The position numbers and the translations under genes were made by a program. From contig DASSII010000101.1 in NCBI GenBank assembly GCA_035692005.1, positions 35,470 through 99,469 on the forward strand: a stretch of DNA of 64,000 nt, given 5' to 3'. The notes below the pieces were generated by a model that did not search any database, was not told where the DNA came from, and worked only from the letters and a program-made list of their open reading frames with translations. Of the stretch, positions 47,900 through 57,546 are shown piece by piece (position 1 is the first letter of the stretch; every line of letters begins with the position of its first letter). This DNA comes from Candidatus Limnocylindrales bacterium (GTDB lineage: Bacteria > Chloroflexota > Limnocylindria > Limnocylindrales > CSP1-4).

Positions 47900-47978
47900 A
47901 CATTCTACGGATGCCTGACCCCTCCGATCGCGCCGTCTGTGACCAGTCGCGTGCAGCCCGTGCGGTCGACGAGGAACC

Positions 47979-48797
47979 GTGTGCTGCGAGACGGGGCTCC
48001 GCGATGAGGCTCGTCCGTGCGACCATGTCGGACGTCCACCGGCCGCGCGAGTGGGGAGGGTGAAGGGCTTGGAGGTCGAACGTCTGTCGCGCGACGACCA
48101 GAACGCGAAGTTGGCGGAGATCATCGCGGCTGCGCGCCAGCAGAACGTGACCGCGCAGGAGCTCGTCCTGGCATCGGTCCGCAACGCCATCCTGTCGGGA
48201 GTCATGGGTCCCGGCGCCCGTCTGCGCCAGGAGGAGCTCGCCGAAGTCTTCGGCACCAGTCGGATCCCCGTCCGCGAGGCGCTCCGTGCGCTCGAATACG
48301 AGGGCCTGGTCGCGTCCGAGCCGCACCGCGGGTTCACCGTCACGGCCCTCGATGCGGACGACGTGGAGGAGGTCTACGACCTGCGCATCCTGCTCGAGAG
48401 CGAAGCTGTCAGGCTCGCCCTTCCGCTACTCACGGACGACGATCTGGAGGACCTCGAGCAGCTGTTCCAGGCGATGCAGTCGGCCGAATCGCCGGACCAG
48501 CAGCTCGCCTCGCGCGAGCGCTTCTATCTCCGGCTGTACTCGGTGACCGGCCGTCCGCGCCTGGTCGGGCTGATCGTCCGGCTCCGCCAGGAGGTCGCCC
48601 GCGTCCTGCGTTGGGCGACGATCCAGCACTCGAGCTCCATCCACGAGCACTTCTTCGAAGCCGTCCGCGTCGGCGACGCCGATCGCGCGGTGGCGCATCT
48701 GAGCGGGCACTACCGTCGCGTGGCGATCCTCATCCGTCGCTACATCAAGGAAGCCGAGGCCCGCGAGCGGGCCGACCGACGCACGCGCGGGGGCTGA
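47979..48797 (+). CDS. GntR-family transcriptional regulator (FadR/FCD subfamily)
   Basis: wHTH 'LRQEELAEVFGTSRIPVREALRALEYEGLV' plus an all-helical C-terminal FCD-like domain. The start may instead be the GTG at 48060. Confidence 0.75.
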   Translation: MCCETGLRDEARPCDHVGRPPAARVGRVKGLEVERLSRDDQNAKLAEIIAAARQQNVTAQELVLASVRNAILSGVMGPGARLRQEELAEVFGTSRIPVREALRALEYEGLVASEPHRGFTVTALDADDVEEVYDLRILLESEAVRLALPLLTDDDLEDLEQLFQAMQSAESPDQQLASRERFYLRLYSVTGRPRLVGLIVRLRQEVARVLRWATIQHSSSIHEHFFEAVRVGDADRAVAHLSGHYRRVAILIRRYIKEAEARERADRRTRGG

Positions 48798-48827
48798 GCC
48801 CGACGGCGAACGGGTCGTCCACGGGCG

Positions 48828-49664
48828 TCAGTTGAACTCGGGCCGCCACTTCTCGAACCGGCGTTCGATGCGCCGGACGCCTTCGCCGAGGACGACGCCG
48901 ATCAGGCCCAGGATGATGACCCCGAGCATGACCCGGTCCGTGCGCAGGGTCGTCCCGCTGAAGTTGATGAAGAAGCCGAGGCCCTTGTTGGCAGCGAAGA
49001 ACTCGGCCACCACCACGCCGACCAGGGCGCGCGTCGTTCCCAGACGCAGGGCGGTCAGGATGTACGGGAAGCTGCTCGGCATGATGACCGAGCGAAACGT
49101 CAACCAGCTCGACGCCCGGAAACTCTTGGCGAGCTCGAGGTAGCGCGCCTCGGCGGCTCGGACGCCGACCATCGTCGTGACCACGACGACGAAGATCGCC
49201 TCCAGCCAGACGATGAAGATCTTCGACTCGAGGCCGAGGCCCAGGACGAGGACGATGAGCGGGACGAGGGCGATCGTCGGCGTGGCGTAGATGGCCGACA
49301 GCCACGGGTCGAGGAAGTAGTTGAGCCGACGGAACAGGCCAAGCGCCAGGCCGAGCGGGACGCCCGTGAGCAGCGCCAGCCCAAGACCGAGGAAGAACTG
49401 CTGCGACGATTGGAAGAGGTGCGGCCACAGCGTCCCGTGGACCACAAGGTCCTCGAACGCGGCCTCGAGGATGAGCGACGGCGAGCTCAGCGTGACCTTC
49501 TTGACCAGGCCGAGCCGGACGACCAGCTCCCACAACGGCAGGACGACCACGAAGCCGATCAGGCCGTATTTGAGCCGATCGGGGACGGCGGGAAGTCGCA
49601 GGCGCCGAGATCCGTCGGGATGCTGGCCGACCGAACGGATGAGGCTGGGGGAGGACACCGTCAC
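48828..49664 (-). CDS. ABC transporter permease (NitT/TauT family)
   Basis: Six TM helices with the EAA-like loop 'LAKSFRASSWLTFRSVIMPSSFPYILTALRLG'. The GTG at 49664 overlaps the ATPase TGA. Confidence 0.8.
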   Translation of the reverse strand: MTVSSPSLIRSVGQHPDGSRRLRLPAVPDRLKYGLIGFVVVLPLWELVVRLGLVKKVTLSSPSLILEAAFEDLVVHGTLWPHLFQSSQQFFLGLGLALLTGVPLGLALGLFRRLNYFLDPWLSAIYATPTIALVPLIVLVLGLGLESKIFIVWLEAIFVVVVTTMVGVRAAEARYLELAKSFRASSWLTFRSVIMPSSFPYILTALRLGTTRALVGVVVAEFFAANKGLGFFINFSGTTLRTDRVMLGVIILGLIGVVLGEGVRRIERRFEKWRPEFN

Positions 49665-50476
49665 GCGACAGCCTCGGGGGCGGTCTCGCCGATCGCGTGG
49701 ATGTGCGGCTTGAGCTGGGACGAGATCAGCTCCCAGATCTGGTCCGCGTAGGTGATGAACTCCGGCGTCCGCTTGATCTCCAGCTGGCGTGGACGCGGCA
49801 GGTCGATCGCGATGTCGGCCAGGAAGCGACCGGGGCGAGCGCTCATGACCAGCACCCGGTCGGACAGGTAGATGGCCTCGTCGATCTGGTGGGTGATGAA
49901 CAGGACGGTCTTGTTGGCCTCGGCCCAGATGCGCAGCAGCTCGGCCTGCATGAGCTCGCGGGTCTGCGCGTCGAGCGCGGCGAACGGCTCGTCCATGAGC
50001 AGGATCTCCGGGTCGACGGTCAGGGCGCGGGCGAGGTTGGCACGCTGCTGCATGCCGCCCGACAGCTGGTACGGGAATTTCTTCTCGAAGCCCGACAAGC
50101 TCACCAGATCGATCAGCGGCTTCGCCCGCGCTTGGGCCTCCTTGCGTGGCACGCCCTGACAGACAAGGCCGAACGCGACGTTGTCGATGATCGTGTACCA
50201 GGGGAAGAGCGACGAGTCCTGGAAGACCATGGCGTGCGCCGCGGCCCCCTTGTTCGGCAGCGCGATCTCGATCGTGCCCTCGGTCGCCGGGAACAGGCCG
50301 TTGACGATCTTGAGGAACGTCGACTTCCCGCAGCCTGATGGTCCGACGATGCTGACGAACTGGCCCTCGGTGATGTCCAGGTCGACCCGTTCGATGGCGA
50401 GCAGCCGCTCGCCGGTCGCCTGGTCCACGTACTCCATGCGGACGCCCTCCGCCTGCAGTGCCAGACCCTCCCGCAT
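49661..50476 (-). CDS. ABC transporter ATP-binding protein (NitT/TauT family)
   Basis: Walker A 'GPSGCGKST', signature 'LSGGMQQR' and Walker B 'LLMDEPFAALD'. A GGAGG RBS overlaps the upstream permease's end. Confidence 0.85.
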   Translation of the reverse strand: MREGLALQAEGVRMEYVDQATGERLLAIERVDLDITEGQFVSIVGPSGCGKSTFLKIVNGLFPATEGTIEIALPNKGAAAHAMVFQDSSLFPWYTIIDNVAFGLVCQGVPRKEAQARAKPLIDLVSLSGFEKKFPYQLSGGMQQRANLARALTVDPEILLMDEPFAALDAQTRELMQAELLRIWAEANKTVLFITHQIDEAIYLSDRVLVMSARPGRFLADIAIDLPRPRQLEIKRTPEFITYADQIWELISSQLKPHIHAIGETAPEAVA

Positions 50477-50479
50477 CAC

Positions 50480-51316
50480 TTACCTCCGCTCGACCGACGT
50501 CGCCGGACGCCACTTCTGATAGCGCGATTCCAACCGCCGGATGACCTCGACCCCGATGATCCCCGACACCGTGAAGAGCAGGACGCCAAACAGGGCTCGG
50601 TCGCCCTGGCGGAGTTCGGTGGCGCGTCGGATGAGCACGCCGATCCCTTCGGTCTGGGTGTAGAGCTCGGCCGTGACGACCCCGATCAGTGCCCGGGCGA
50701 TGCCGAGGCGCAGGCCCGTGATGATGAATGGCACGGTCGACGGGATGACGACGGAGCGGAACAGCAGCCAGTCATTCGCGCCGAAGCTGCGCGCGACGTC
50801 GACGAAGCGCCGATCGGTCGTGCGCACGCCCTGCATCGTCGGGATGACGATGGAGAAGAACGCGCCGAGGAACACCACGGCGATCTTCGATGCGGGTCCG
50901 AAGACGCCGAAGATGATGACGAGGACGGGCAGCAGCGCGATGCGTGGCAGTGAGTTGAAGAAGTTGAGCCACGGGTCGAGCGCGAACTGCAGCCTCCGAA
51001 ACCGCCCGGCAGCGAGGCCGATCGGGATGCCGAGGGCGATGGCGAACAGATAGCCGATGCCGAACTCCGAGAAGCTGGCCCACAGGTCGCCCCAGAACCG
51101 TTCGGTCTGGATCTCGACCAAACCGGCCTGGATGATCCCGGTCGGCCGACCGAAGTACGCGCGATCGATCACCCCGGCCCGACTGCCCAGCTCCCAGGCA
51201 GCCAGGAACACGACGATCCCGGCCGCGCCGTACAGCAGGCGCTCGTTCTCGAGCAGGCGACCGAACAGCGATCGCGGCGGGCGGCGCAGGGGCTGACTCT
51301 GGATGGCGACGCTCAC
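50480..51316 (-). CDS. ABC transporter permease (NitT/TauT family), second copy
   Basis: 'VARSFGANDWLLFRSVVIPSTVPFIITGLRLG'; a paralogue of 48828..49664. Confidence 0.8.
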   Translation of the reverse strand: MSVAIQSQPLRRPPRSLFGRLLENERLLYGAAGIVVFLAAWELGSRAGVIDRAYFGRPTGIIQAGLVEIQTERFWGDLWASFSEFGIGYLFAIALGIPIGLAAGRFRRLQFALDPWLNFFNSLPRIALLPVLVIIFGVFGPASKIAVVFLGAFFSIVIPTMQGVRTTDRRFVDVARSFGANDWLLFRSVVIPSTVPFIITGLRLGIARALIGVVTAELYTQTEGIGVLIRRATELRQGDRALFGVLLFTVSGIIGVEVIRRLESRYQKWRPATSVERR

Positions 51317-51539
51317 CGCCGGACCTTTCCATGGTGGCCACGAGGGGACGCGGTACAGGCCGCGTTGGGGCAGGAGCCTGTCACGCCGACGAGGCGACTG
51401 GGAGCGTAGCGCATCCCGCGAGCACGACCCCGCAGAGGTGTCGTCGCCTCGGGCGGCGTCAGGGTTGGCACCGTTCGGATCTCCACATGTCGACTGCGGA
51501 CGCTCGCGGCCCGGCCGGGCGATGGCGCAGTTTGTGGTC

Positions 51540-51576
51540 GGAATGTAGACAATGTCAAACGTTTCGATTACATTCC
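51540..51576. promoter_or_regulatory. Perfect 8-bp inverted repeat GGAATGTA-N21-TACATTCC in the divergent ABC permease / SBP promoter region
   Basis: Same architecture as 44890..44926. It contains TAGACA-N17-TACATT, a sigma-70-like −35/−10 pair. Confidence 0.45.
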
Positions 51577-51636
51577 GGCGACGGCGCGCTCCGGGCGACC
51601 CGGTGCTGGCGCTCGATGGAGGAGGACGACACGACT

Positions 51637-52719
51637 ATGGCGACGCGCACGCGGATCCTCGCATTGCTCGCATCGACGGCGTTCCTCGCCGTCGCTTGTA
51701 GCGGAGGCGGTGCGAGCATCGCCCCCAGCCCCTCTGCCGCCGCCAGCGCGAGTGCGGCGCCGGTCGAATCGACCGTTCCGGGCGCGCTCCCGACGCCGGA
51801 GAAGACCGACATCAAGATCGGTCTGAGCGTCACCGAGACGAGCCAGTTCGCGGCCAAGCTGGCGGAGATGGCCGGCATCTATGAGAAGAACGGCCTGAAG
51901 ACCCAGATCACCGTGTTCGAGGGTGACGGCAAGGTCATGCAGGCGCTGCAGGCCGGCCAGCTCGACGTCGGCTTCGGTGGTACCTCCGCGTTCATCACGT
52001 CGCAGACGACGGACGTCCCGGTCGTTGCGCTGGCGGTCAACGCGGTCATCCTGACCGACGAATTGGTGTCCACGGCGGACGTCAAGGATGCCGCGGGCCT
52101 CAAGGGCAAGTGCGTCGCCGTCAGCACGTTCGGCGGCACCTCGCATGGCGCCGTGATCCTGTCGCTCAAGGAGCTCGGTCTGACGCCGGACGACGTGGTC
52201 ATCACCGAGGTCGGCGGCCAGAGTGCCCGGATCGCCGCCCTGCAGGGTGGTGCCTGCGCGGCCGCTCCTGTCGACGCCGCTCGCCACGAGGAGATGGCCG
52301 GCCTCGGCTTCAACTTCCTGGTCAACCTCAAGGAGGCCCAGCTTCCGTGGGGTCGCTCCGGCATGGGCGTGACCAAGGAGTGGCTGGCGGCCAATCCCAA
52401 CACGGCGACCGTGGTGGCCGCCTCCGTCCTCGAGGCGCAGAACATGATGTGGACGGATCCCGACACCGCCTCCAAGGACTACGCCGAGTTCACCCAGAGC
52501 TCGATCGAGGACGCGAAGGCGCTCATCCTCGAGTTCCAGGAGATCGGCAACCGGCCCATGACCTGGGACGACGCGGCCTTCGAGAACCCGAAGACGGTGC
52601 TCGCAGCGGTCAACCCCGACATGGCCGCTGTCGCAGTCTCGGACGCGTTCGATCGGAGCGTGCTCGAGAACCTCAAGACCAGCGGCTTCTATGAGGCGAA
52701 GGGCATTCCCACCGAGTAG
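51637..52719 (+). CDS. ABC transporter substrate-binding lipoprotein (NitT/TauT/SsuA-like)
   Basis: Lipobox 'LAVAC', a type-2 periplasmic binding fold, and a GGAGGAGG RBS. Confidence 0.8.
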   Translation: MATRTRILALLASTAFLAVACSGGGASIAPSPSAAASASAAPVESTVPGALPTPEKTDIKIGLSVTETSQFAAKLAEMAGIYEKNGLKTQITVFEGDGKVMQALQAGQLDVGFGGTSAFITSQTTDVPVVALAVNAVILTDELVSTADVKDAAGLKGKCVAVSTFGGTSHGAVILSLKELGLTPDDVVITEVGGQSARIAALQGGACAAAPVDAARHEEMAGLGFNFLVNLKEAQLPWGRSGMGVTKEWLAANPNTATVVAASVLEAQNMMWTDPDTASKDYAEFTQSSIEDAKALILEFQEIGNRPMTWDDAAFENPKTVLAAVNPDMAAVAVSDAFDRSVLENLKTSGFYEAKGIPTE

Positions 52720-52732
52720 CTCCTCCATCACT

Positions 52733-52798
52733 GACCGCCCTCGGAGTTCGCGCTCCGGGGGCGGTCGTGCGCACGGTCGTTTCGGCCGTCGCACGACC
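52733..52798 (+). terminator. Two overlapping GC-rich stem-loops downstream of the SBP gene (candidate terminator)
   Basis: 'GACCGCCCTCGGAG-ttcgcg-CTCCGGGGGCGGTC' followed by 'GGTCGTGCG...CGCACGACC', 14 nt after the TAG stop. No strong U-tract follows. Confidence 0.3.
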
Positions 52799-53039
52799 GG
52801 CCCGCGACCCTGGTTGCGAGGCACCGCGAGCCGGCGATCGACGCAGGCCTTCCCGGTGAATGCCGGCCACGGACCGGCATTCGAAAGCGGCGCCACACCG
52901 GGTCCACGGTGCGGAGGCCGCACGGTCGCAATCATGTGGACAAAATCGACATCTTTGGCTACATTCAGGTACGAACCGTATCCGTCGGAGGCCGGCTGAG
53001 CCGTCGCCCTTCGTCCTCCAGCGCCGTGATCGAGGACTG

Positions 53040-53990
53040 ATGCGCATCGAACAGGTTCGCTTCCATAGCCACGGCGCCGTCCTCGCGGGGACGCTGATGC
53101 TCCCGGACACGGCGAGCGCCGAGTCGCCCGTGGCAGCCGTCGTCCAGGGTCCCGGTTGGCTCGGGCTGCGCGATGCCAAGCTCTACCAGCCGTATCACGA
53201 CGCGCTGTCGGCGGCCGGCATCGCCGTCCTCGTCTTCGACTATCGCGGGTTCGGCGACTCCGAGGGGGACGCAACGTACCTCGACCCGCGCGGCCAGGTG
53301 GAGGACTATCGGAGCGCGGCGACGTACCTCGAGACGCGCGACGACGTGGATGCCCGCCGGCTGGGTGCGTTCGGCTCGGGCGGCACGGGCGGTGGCAACG
53401 CCATCATGGCGGCGGGGATCGACGCTCGGTTCAAGGCCATGGTCAGCCAGGTCCCGATCGCCGACGGCCGGGACTGGCTCCATCGGATGCGCCGCGAACA
53501 CGAGTGGCTCGAATTCCTCGAACGACTCCGCGTCGACCGCCTGGAGCGATCACGGAGCGGCGTCGGCGAGCTCGTCGCGCCGCGGGACGGGATCATGGTC
53601 CCGACGCCGGAGCGCAAGGCCACGACCATCAAGGCGGACGTCGATCAGCGCGTCCCGTCGCAGGTTGCCCTGGCCAGTGCCGAGGCGATCTTCGAGTACC
53701 GCCCGATCGACGTCGTCGGCGACATCGCGCCGCGCGCCGCCATGTTCATCTGCGTGGAACACGACGCCACGACGCCCGAGGACCACAGCTACGACCTGTA
53801 CGACGCGGCCGGCGCGCCGAAACGGCTCGTCGTCCAGACCGGCACCACCCACTATGCCGCCTACGAGCAGTACCGGGACATCGTCGCGCCACTCATCGCC
53901 GAGTGGTTCGTCACCCATCTGGTCGATGGCGACGTGCACGTCCACGAAGCCCCCGCGGAGGCGTCCGTGACCTACCTCCGTCGATCATGA
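53040..53990 (+). CDS. Alpha/beta-hydrolase fold protein (dienelactone-hydrolase/CocE-like)
   Basis: 'AAVVQGPGWLGLRD', 'VLVFDYRGFGDSEG' and 'GAFGSGGTGGGNA'. It is preceded by the AT-rich box 'GGCTACATTCA'. Confidence 0.6.
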   Translation: MRIEQVRFHSHGAVLAGTLMLPDTASAESPVAAVVQGPGWLGLRDAKLYQPYHDALSAAGIAVLVFDYRGFGDSEGDATYLDPRGQVEDYRSAATYLETRDDVDARRLGAFGSGGTGGGNAIMAAGIDARFKAMVSQVPIADGRDWLHRMRREHEWLEFLERLRVDRLERSRSGVGELVAPRDGIMVPTPERKATTIKADVDQRVPSQVALASAEAIFEYRPIDVVGDIAPRAAMFICVEHDATTPEDHSYDLYDAAGAPKRLVVQTGTTHYAAYEQYRDIVAPLIAEWFVTHLVDGDVHVHEAPAEASVTYLRRS

Positions 53991-55390
53991 GCGAGCTCGC
54001 CGAGCAGCCGGTCGGTCCCGCCGACCTCGTCATCCGCAACGGCACGGTCGTCACTCCGGAAGGGATCCGCCCGGGAGACGTGGTCATCACTGGCGAGCGG
54101 ATCCGGGCGATCGTCGAGCCGGGTACCCCCTTCGAGACAGCGCGCACGATCGACGCGACCGGCAGGCACGTGATCCCCGGCGCGGTCGACGTCCACTCGC
54201 ACCATCGCGAGCCGGGGTTCACCCACAAGGAGGACATCATCTCGGCCACATCGGCGTGTGCCGCCGGTGGGGTGACGACCTCCTTCGCGATGCCCAACGT
54301 GTCCCCCCCGCCGAATACCGTGGCCAACCTCGATTCGATGCTCGAGTCGTATCGGCAGAAGGCGCTCATCGACTGGAACATCAACGCCGCGGGAACGGTG
54401 CCCGAGGAGATCGCCGGGCTGGCGACGCGCGGCATCGCCGCCTTCAAGGTGTTCATGGTCGTCGACACCGGCCGTTCCTATCCACACATGCCGGGCATCG
54501 GCGTGCACGACCACGGCAAGTTGCTGGAGATCTTCGAGACCGTCGGCCAGACTGGGCTGCCGCTCATGGTCCATCCCCACGACCAGGCCCTGATGACCCA
54601 CATCGAGGAGGGCTTCTGGGCCCGCGGCGAGCGTGATGCGCGCGCCTACGCCAAGGCGTACGCGGCCTACGACGGGATCATCTGGGATACCGCGGCGGCC
54701 CTGCTGCTGCGCCTCCAACTCGCGACCGGTACCCGGCTGCACCTGCTGCACACGCAGACCGAGGGCGTGGTCGACCAGCTGCGACGAGCAAAGGCGGCGG
54801 GCCAGGCGGTGACCGCCGAGCTCAACCCGTGGGCCCTGTTCCTCGGCAACGACTGGTCGAACATCGAGCGGCTCGGCTCGTACGCGCTGTCGTACTGGGT
54901 CCCCGAGCGCAATGTCGAGCCACTCTGGGCAGGGCTGCGCGACGGGACGATCGATCTCATCTCGACCGACCACGGACCGCACACCCGGGAGGAGAAGGAG
55001 CCCGGCTGGACGGACGGCTGGAAGGCCCATACGGGCACCCCGTCGGCCCAGGTCTACGTCCCGTTGTTCCTCGATGCGGCCGTCCGAGGCGTCATCAGCC
55101 TCGAGCGCGTCGTCGACCTCATCGCGGGCGCACCGGCGCGCGCGTTCGGGCTGGCCGACAAGGGTCGGCTGGCGGCCGGCGCGCACGCAGATATCGCCAT
55201 CGTCGACCTCGATCGGACCTTCGAGATCCGCGATGAGGACGTCCTGAGCAAGATCGGCTGGACGCCCTACGCCGGCCGGCAGATCCGCGGCTGGGTCGAT
55301 ACGACCCTCGTCCGCGGCCGCGTCGTCTACGAACACGGCACCGTCGTCGGCGAGCCCGGGTGGGGCCGCCAGGCGAGTCCCGCCCGCTGA
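53987..55390 (+). CDS. Cyclic amidohydrolase (dihydroorotase/hydantoinase/allantoinase superfamily)
   Basis: 'VDVHSHHREPG', 'FAMPN' and 'STDHGPHT' are the metal ligands. The ATG overlaps the upstream TGA (ATGA). Confidence 0.8.
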   Translation: MSELAEQPVGPADLVIRNGTVVTPEGIRPGDVVITGERIRAIVEPGTPFETARTIDATGRHVIPGAVDVHSHHREPGFTHKEDIISATSACAAGGVTTSFAMPNVSPPPNTVANLDSMLESYRQKALIDWNINAAGTVPEEIAGLATRGIAAFKVFMVVDTGRSYPHMPGIGVHDHGKLLEIFETVGQTGLPLMVHPHDQALMTHIEEGFWARGERDARAYAKAYAAYDGIIWDTAAALLLRLQLATGTRLHLLHTQTEGVVDQLRRAKAAGQAVTAELNPWALFLGNDWSNIERLGSYALSYWVPERNVEPLWAGLRDGTIDLISTDHGPHTREEKEPGWTDGWKAHTGTPSAQVYVPLFLDAAVRGVISLERVVDLIAGAPARAFGLADKGRLAAGAHADIAIVDLDRTFEIRDEDVLSKIGWTPYAGRQIRGWVDTTLVRGRVVYEHGTVVGEPGWGRQASPAR

Positions 55391-55419
55391 CCACCCGCGA
55401 CACGGAGGTTCCCTGTTCC

Positions 55420-56415
55420 ATGGCTACCCGCTTCGGTCTCCTCGTCCCGCACTTCGGGCTCGAGGCCGACCAGGACCTGCTCATCGGTGGTGCCCGGCTG
55501 GCGGATCGCCTCGGCTTCGACTCCCTGTGGGTGCGCGACCACCTTGTCTTCCATCCGCACGGCATGGAGGGGACCGACCGCACCTTCATCGAGCCGTTCG
55601 TGACCCTGACTTATCTCGCCGGCGTGACCGAACGGATCGGGCTCGGCGCCGCGACGATCATCCCGTTCCGCCATCCGATCAACATGGCCTACAGCGTGGC
55701 TTCGATGTCGTGGATGACCCGTCGCAAGTTCGATCTCGGGATCGGCGCCGGCAATTTCCAGCACGAGTTCGACGTGATCAGCCAAGGCGATCTCAAGCGC
55801 CCGGAACTCATGAAGGAGCAGACGCTCATCGCCCGCAAGCTGTGGACGGGCGAAAGCGTCGAGTGGCACAGCGACAACTACGACTTCGATGACGTCGACC
55901 TCAAGCCGCAGCCGCTCTATCCGGTCCCCGTCTGGTGGGGCGGCGCGACGCCGGCCAGCGCGCGCCTGGCGGTCGACTTCTGCGAGGGCTGGCTGCCCGG
56001 GCGGATCACCTTCCCGACCTACGAGGCGCGGGTCGCCAAGATCCGCGAGCTGACCGCCGAACAGGGCAAGCCGATGATCATGACCGGCGCCGTGCCGGTC
56101 ACCAGCATCGACACCTCGTTCGAGGCGGCGACCGGCCGGATGAACGTGCCCGGCCTGATCAAGAACGCCAACGCTCAGAAGTTCTGGCTCAAGCCGGAGG
56201 GCGGCGAGTTCACGACGATCGAGGAGCTCGACGGCTCGATCCTGGCGGGTTCGCCGGACGACATCGTCCGGGGCATCCAGCGATACCAGGAGATCGGCGC
56301 CGACCTGCTGATCTTCGACTTCCGCATGCGCTTCCCGGACTGGCTCGAGCAGATCGAGATCCTCGCGCGTGACGTCTTGCCCCGGGTGAGTGAGCCGACC
56401 GCCGTCGGCGTCTGA
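55420..56415 (+). CDS. LLM-class (luciferase-like) flavin/F420-dependent oxidoreductase
   Basis: 'RFGLLVPHFG...LGFDSLWVRDHLVFHP' has a TIM-barrel LLM N-terminus. An ACGGAGG RBS is present. Confidence 0.8.
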   Translation: MATRFGLLVPHFGLEADQDLLIGGARLADRLGFDSLWVRDHLVFHPHGMEGTDRTFIEPFVTLTYLAGVTERIGLGAATIIPFRHPINMAYSVASMSWMTRRKFDLGIGAGNFQHEFDVISQGDLKRPELMKEQTLIARKLWTGESVEWHSDNYDFDDVDLKPQPLYPVPVWWGGATPASARLAVDFCEGWLPGRITFPTYEARVAKIRELTAEQGKPMIMTGAVPVTSIDTSFEAATGRMNVPGLIKNANAQKFWLKPEGGEFTTIEELDGSILAGSPDDIVRGIQRYQEIGADLLIFDFRMRFPDWLEQIEILARDVLPRVSEPTAVGV

Positions 56416-56432
56416 GGCCTACCCAGGCGCGG

Positions 56433-56460
56433 AAGGCCGCGGGTACCCCCGCCCGCGGCC
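56433..56460 (+). terminator. Perfect 10-bp GC stem / 8-nt loop hairpin followed by TTTCGCG (candidate intrinsic terminator or attenuator)
   Basis: 'AGGCCGCGGG-tacccccg-CCCGCGGCCT' lies 18 nt after the LLM stop and 35 nt before the bicupin ATG. Confidence 0.35.
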
Positions 56461-56494
56461 TTTCGCGCGACCCCAGCGCACAGGAGACGATCGC

Positions 56495-57541
56495 ATGAAG
56501 ACCACGACCTCGACGCAGGTCACCCACTACGAGATCCAGAAGAAGCGTCGGGAGTCGCTGCTCGAGGAATGGCGTGGATACCACAAGAAGGTCCTCAGGC
56601 GAAGCGACGTCAGGATGGTCGACTCGCCGAGCCGGCGTACCCGACGGGGTGTGTATGCCGGTTGGGACGGCGATCGGCCGACCAAGAATCTCGACGCGAC
56701 CCTGCACGAGATCGATCCGGGCGTGACGACCACCATCCATCGCCACAGCTGGGACGCGATCATGTTCGTCGAGTCCGGGTCAGGCTGGACCGAGATCGAC
56801 GGGCAGCGCATCGAGTGGAAGCCGTGGGACACGATCCACCTGCCCGGCTGGGCCTGGCACCGCCACGGCAACGAGGGCGACAAGACGGCTGTGTTCCACA
56901 CCTGGAGCGTGCAGCCGATGCTCGAGCAGTTCGGGGTCGCGCTCCTTGAGGATGGCGGTGACGTGCCCGTGGCCGAACTTCCGCCGCGGCCGCAGCAGGT
57001 CGCCCCGATCAGCGGTGACGACCCCTACGCACGGCGTACCCAGCGGCTCGCGCGACAATGGGAAGGCAACGAGAGCGCCCGCCTCATCACCCGCTTCGAG
57101 GACGTTCGCGGGCTCGTCACCAAGCGGGGCGCTCGCAGCCTGTTCCTCGTCGACAAGTCCATCGGCTATCACACGGCCGGCCTGTCCGCGGTCATGCACG
57201 AGCTGGCCCCGGGCAAGTATCAATCCCGCCATCGCCACGGCGGCGAGGCGTGGCTGCTGGGCGTGTCCGGCTCGGGCTACAGCGTCGTCGACGACGTGCG
57301 CCACGATTGGGAAGCTGGCGACCTGGTCGTGGTCGACCATTGGCAGATGCACCAGCACTTCAACGCCTCGAACGACAAGACCGCGCGGCTGATCCGCGTC
57401 CACAACTTCGATGCGCTGTACGACATGATGCGGATCCTGCTTGACCCGCTGAACCTGTTCGAGGAGCTTCCGACGCTCGACGCGCCCGATCTCAGCGACG
57501 TCGTCTGGCCGGATCACCTCGACGGGCGACCGGAGGCCTGA
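56495..57541 (+). CDS. Bicupin dioxygenase-like protein (second copy)
   Basis: 'HRHSWDAIMFVESGSG' and 'HRHGGEAWLLGVSGSG'. An AGGAGA RBS lies 7 nt upstream. Confidence 0.7.
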   Translation: MKTTTSTQVTHYEIQKKRRESLLEEWRGYHKKVLRRSDVRMVDSPSRRTRRGVYAGWDGDRPTKNLDATLHEIDPGVTTTIHRHSWDAIMFVESGSGWTEIDGQRIEWKPWDTIHLPGWAWHRHGNEGDKTAVFHTWSVQPMLEQFGVALLEDGGDVPVAELPPRPQQVAPISGDDPYARRTQRLARQWEGNESARLITRFEDVRGLVTKRGARSLFLVDKSIGYHTAGLSAVMHELAPGKYQSRHRHGGEAWLLGVSGSGYSVVDDVRHDWEAGDLVVVDHWQMHQHFNASNDKTARLIRVHNFDALYDMMRILLDPLNLFEELPTLDAPDLSDVVWPDHLDGRPEA

Positions 57542-57546
57542 GGCCC

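Noticed and set aside
53156-53986. N-terminal 277 aa of ORF 53156..55390, and (−) ORF 53972..55336
   Set aside because: Alternative frame over the alpha/beta-hydrolase gene. The amidohydrolase starts at the ATGA-coupled ATG at 53987. The (−) ORF is antisense junk.
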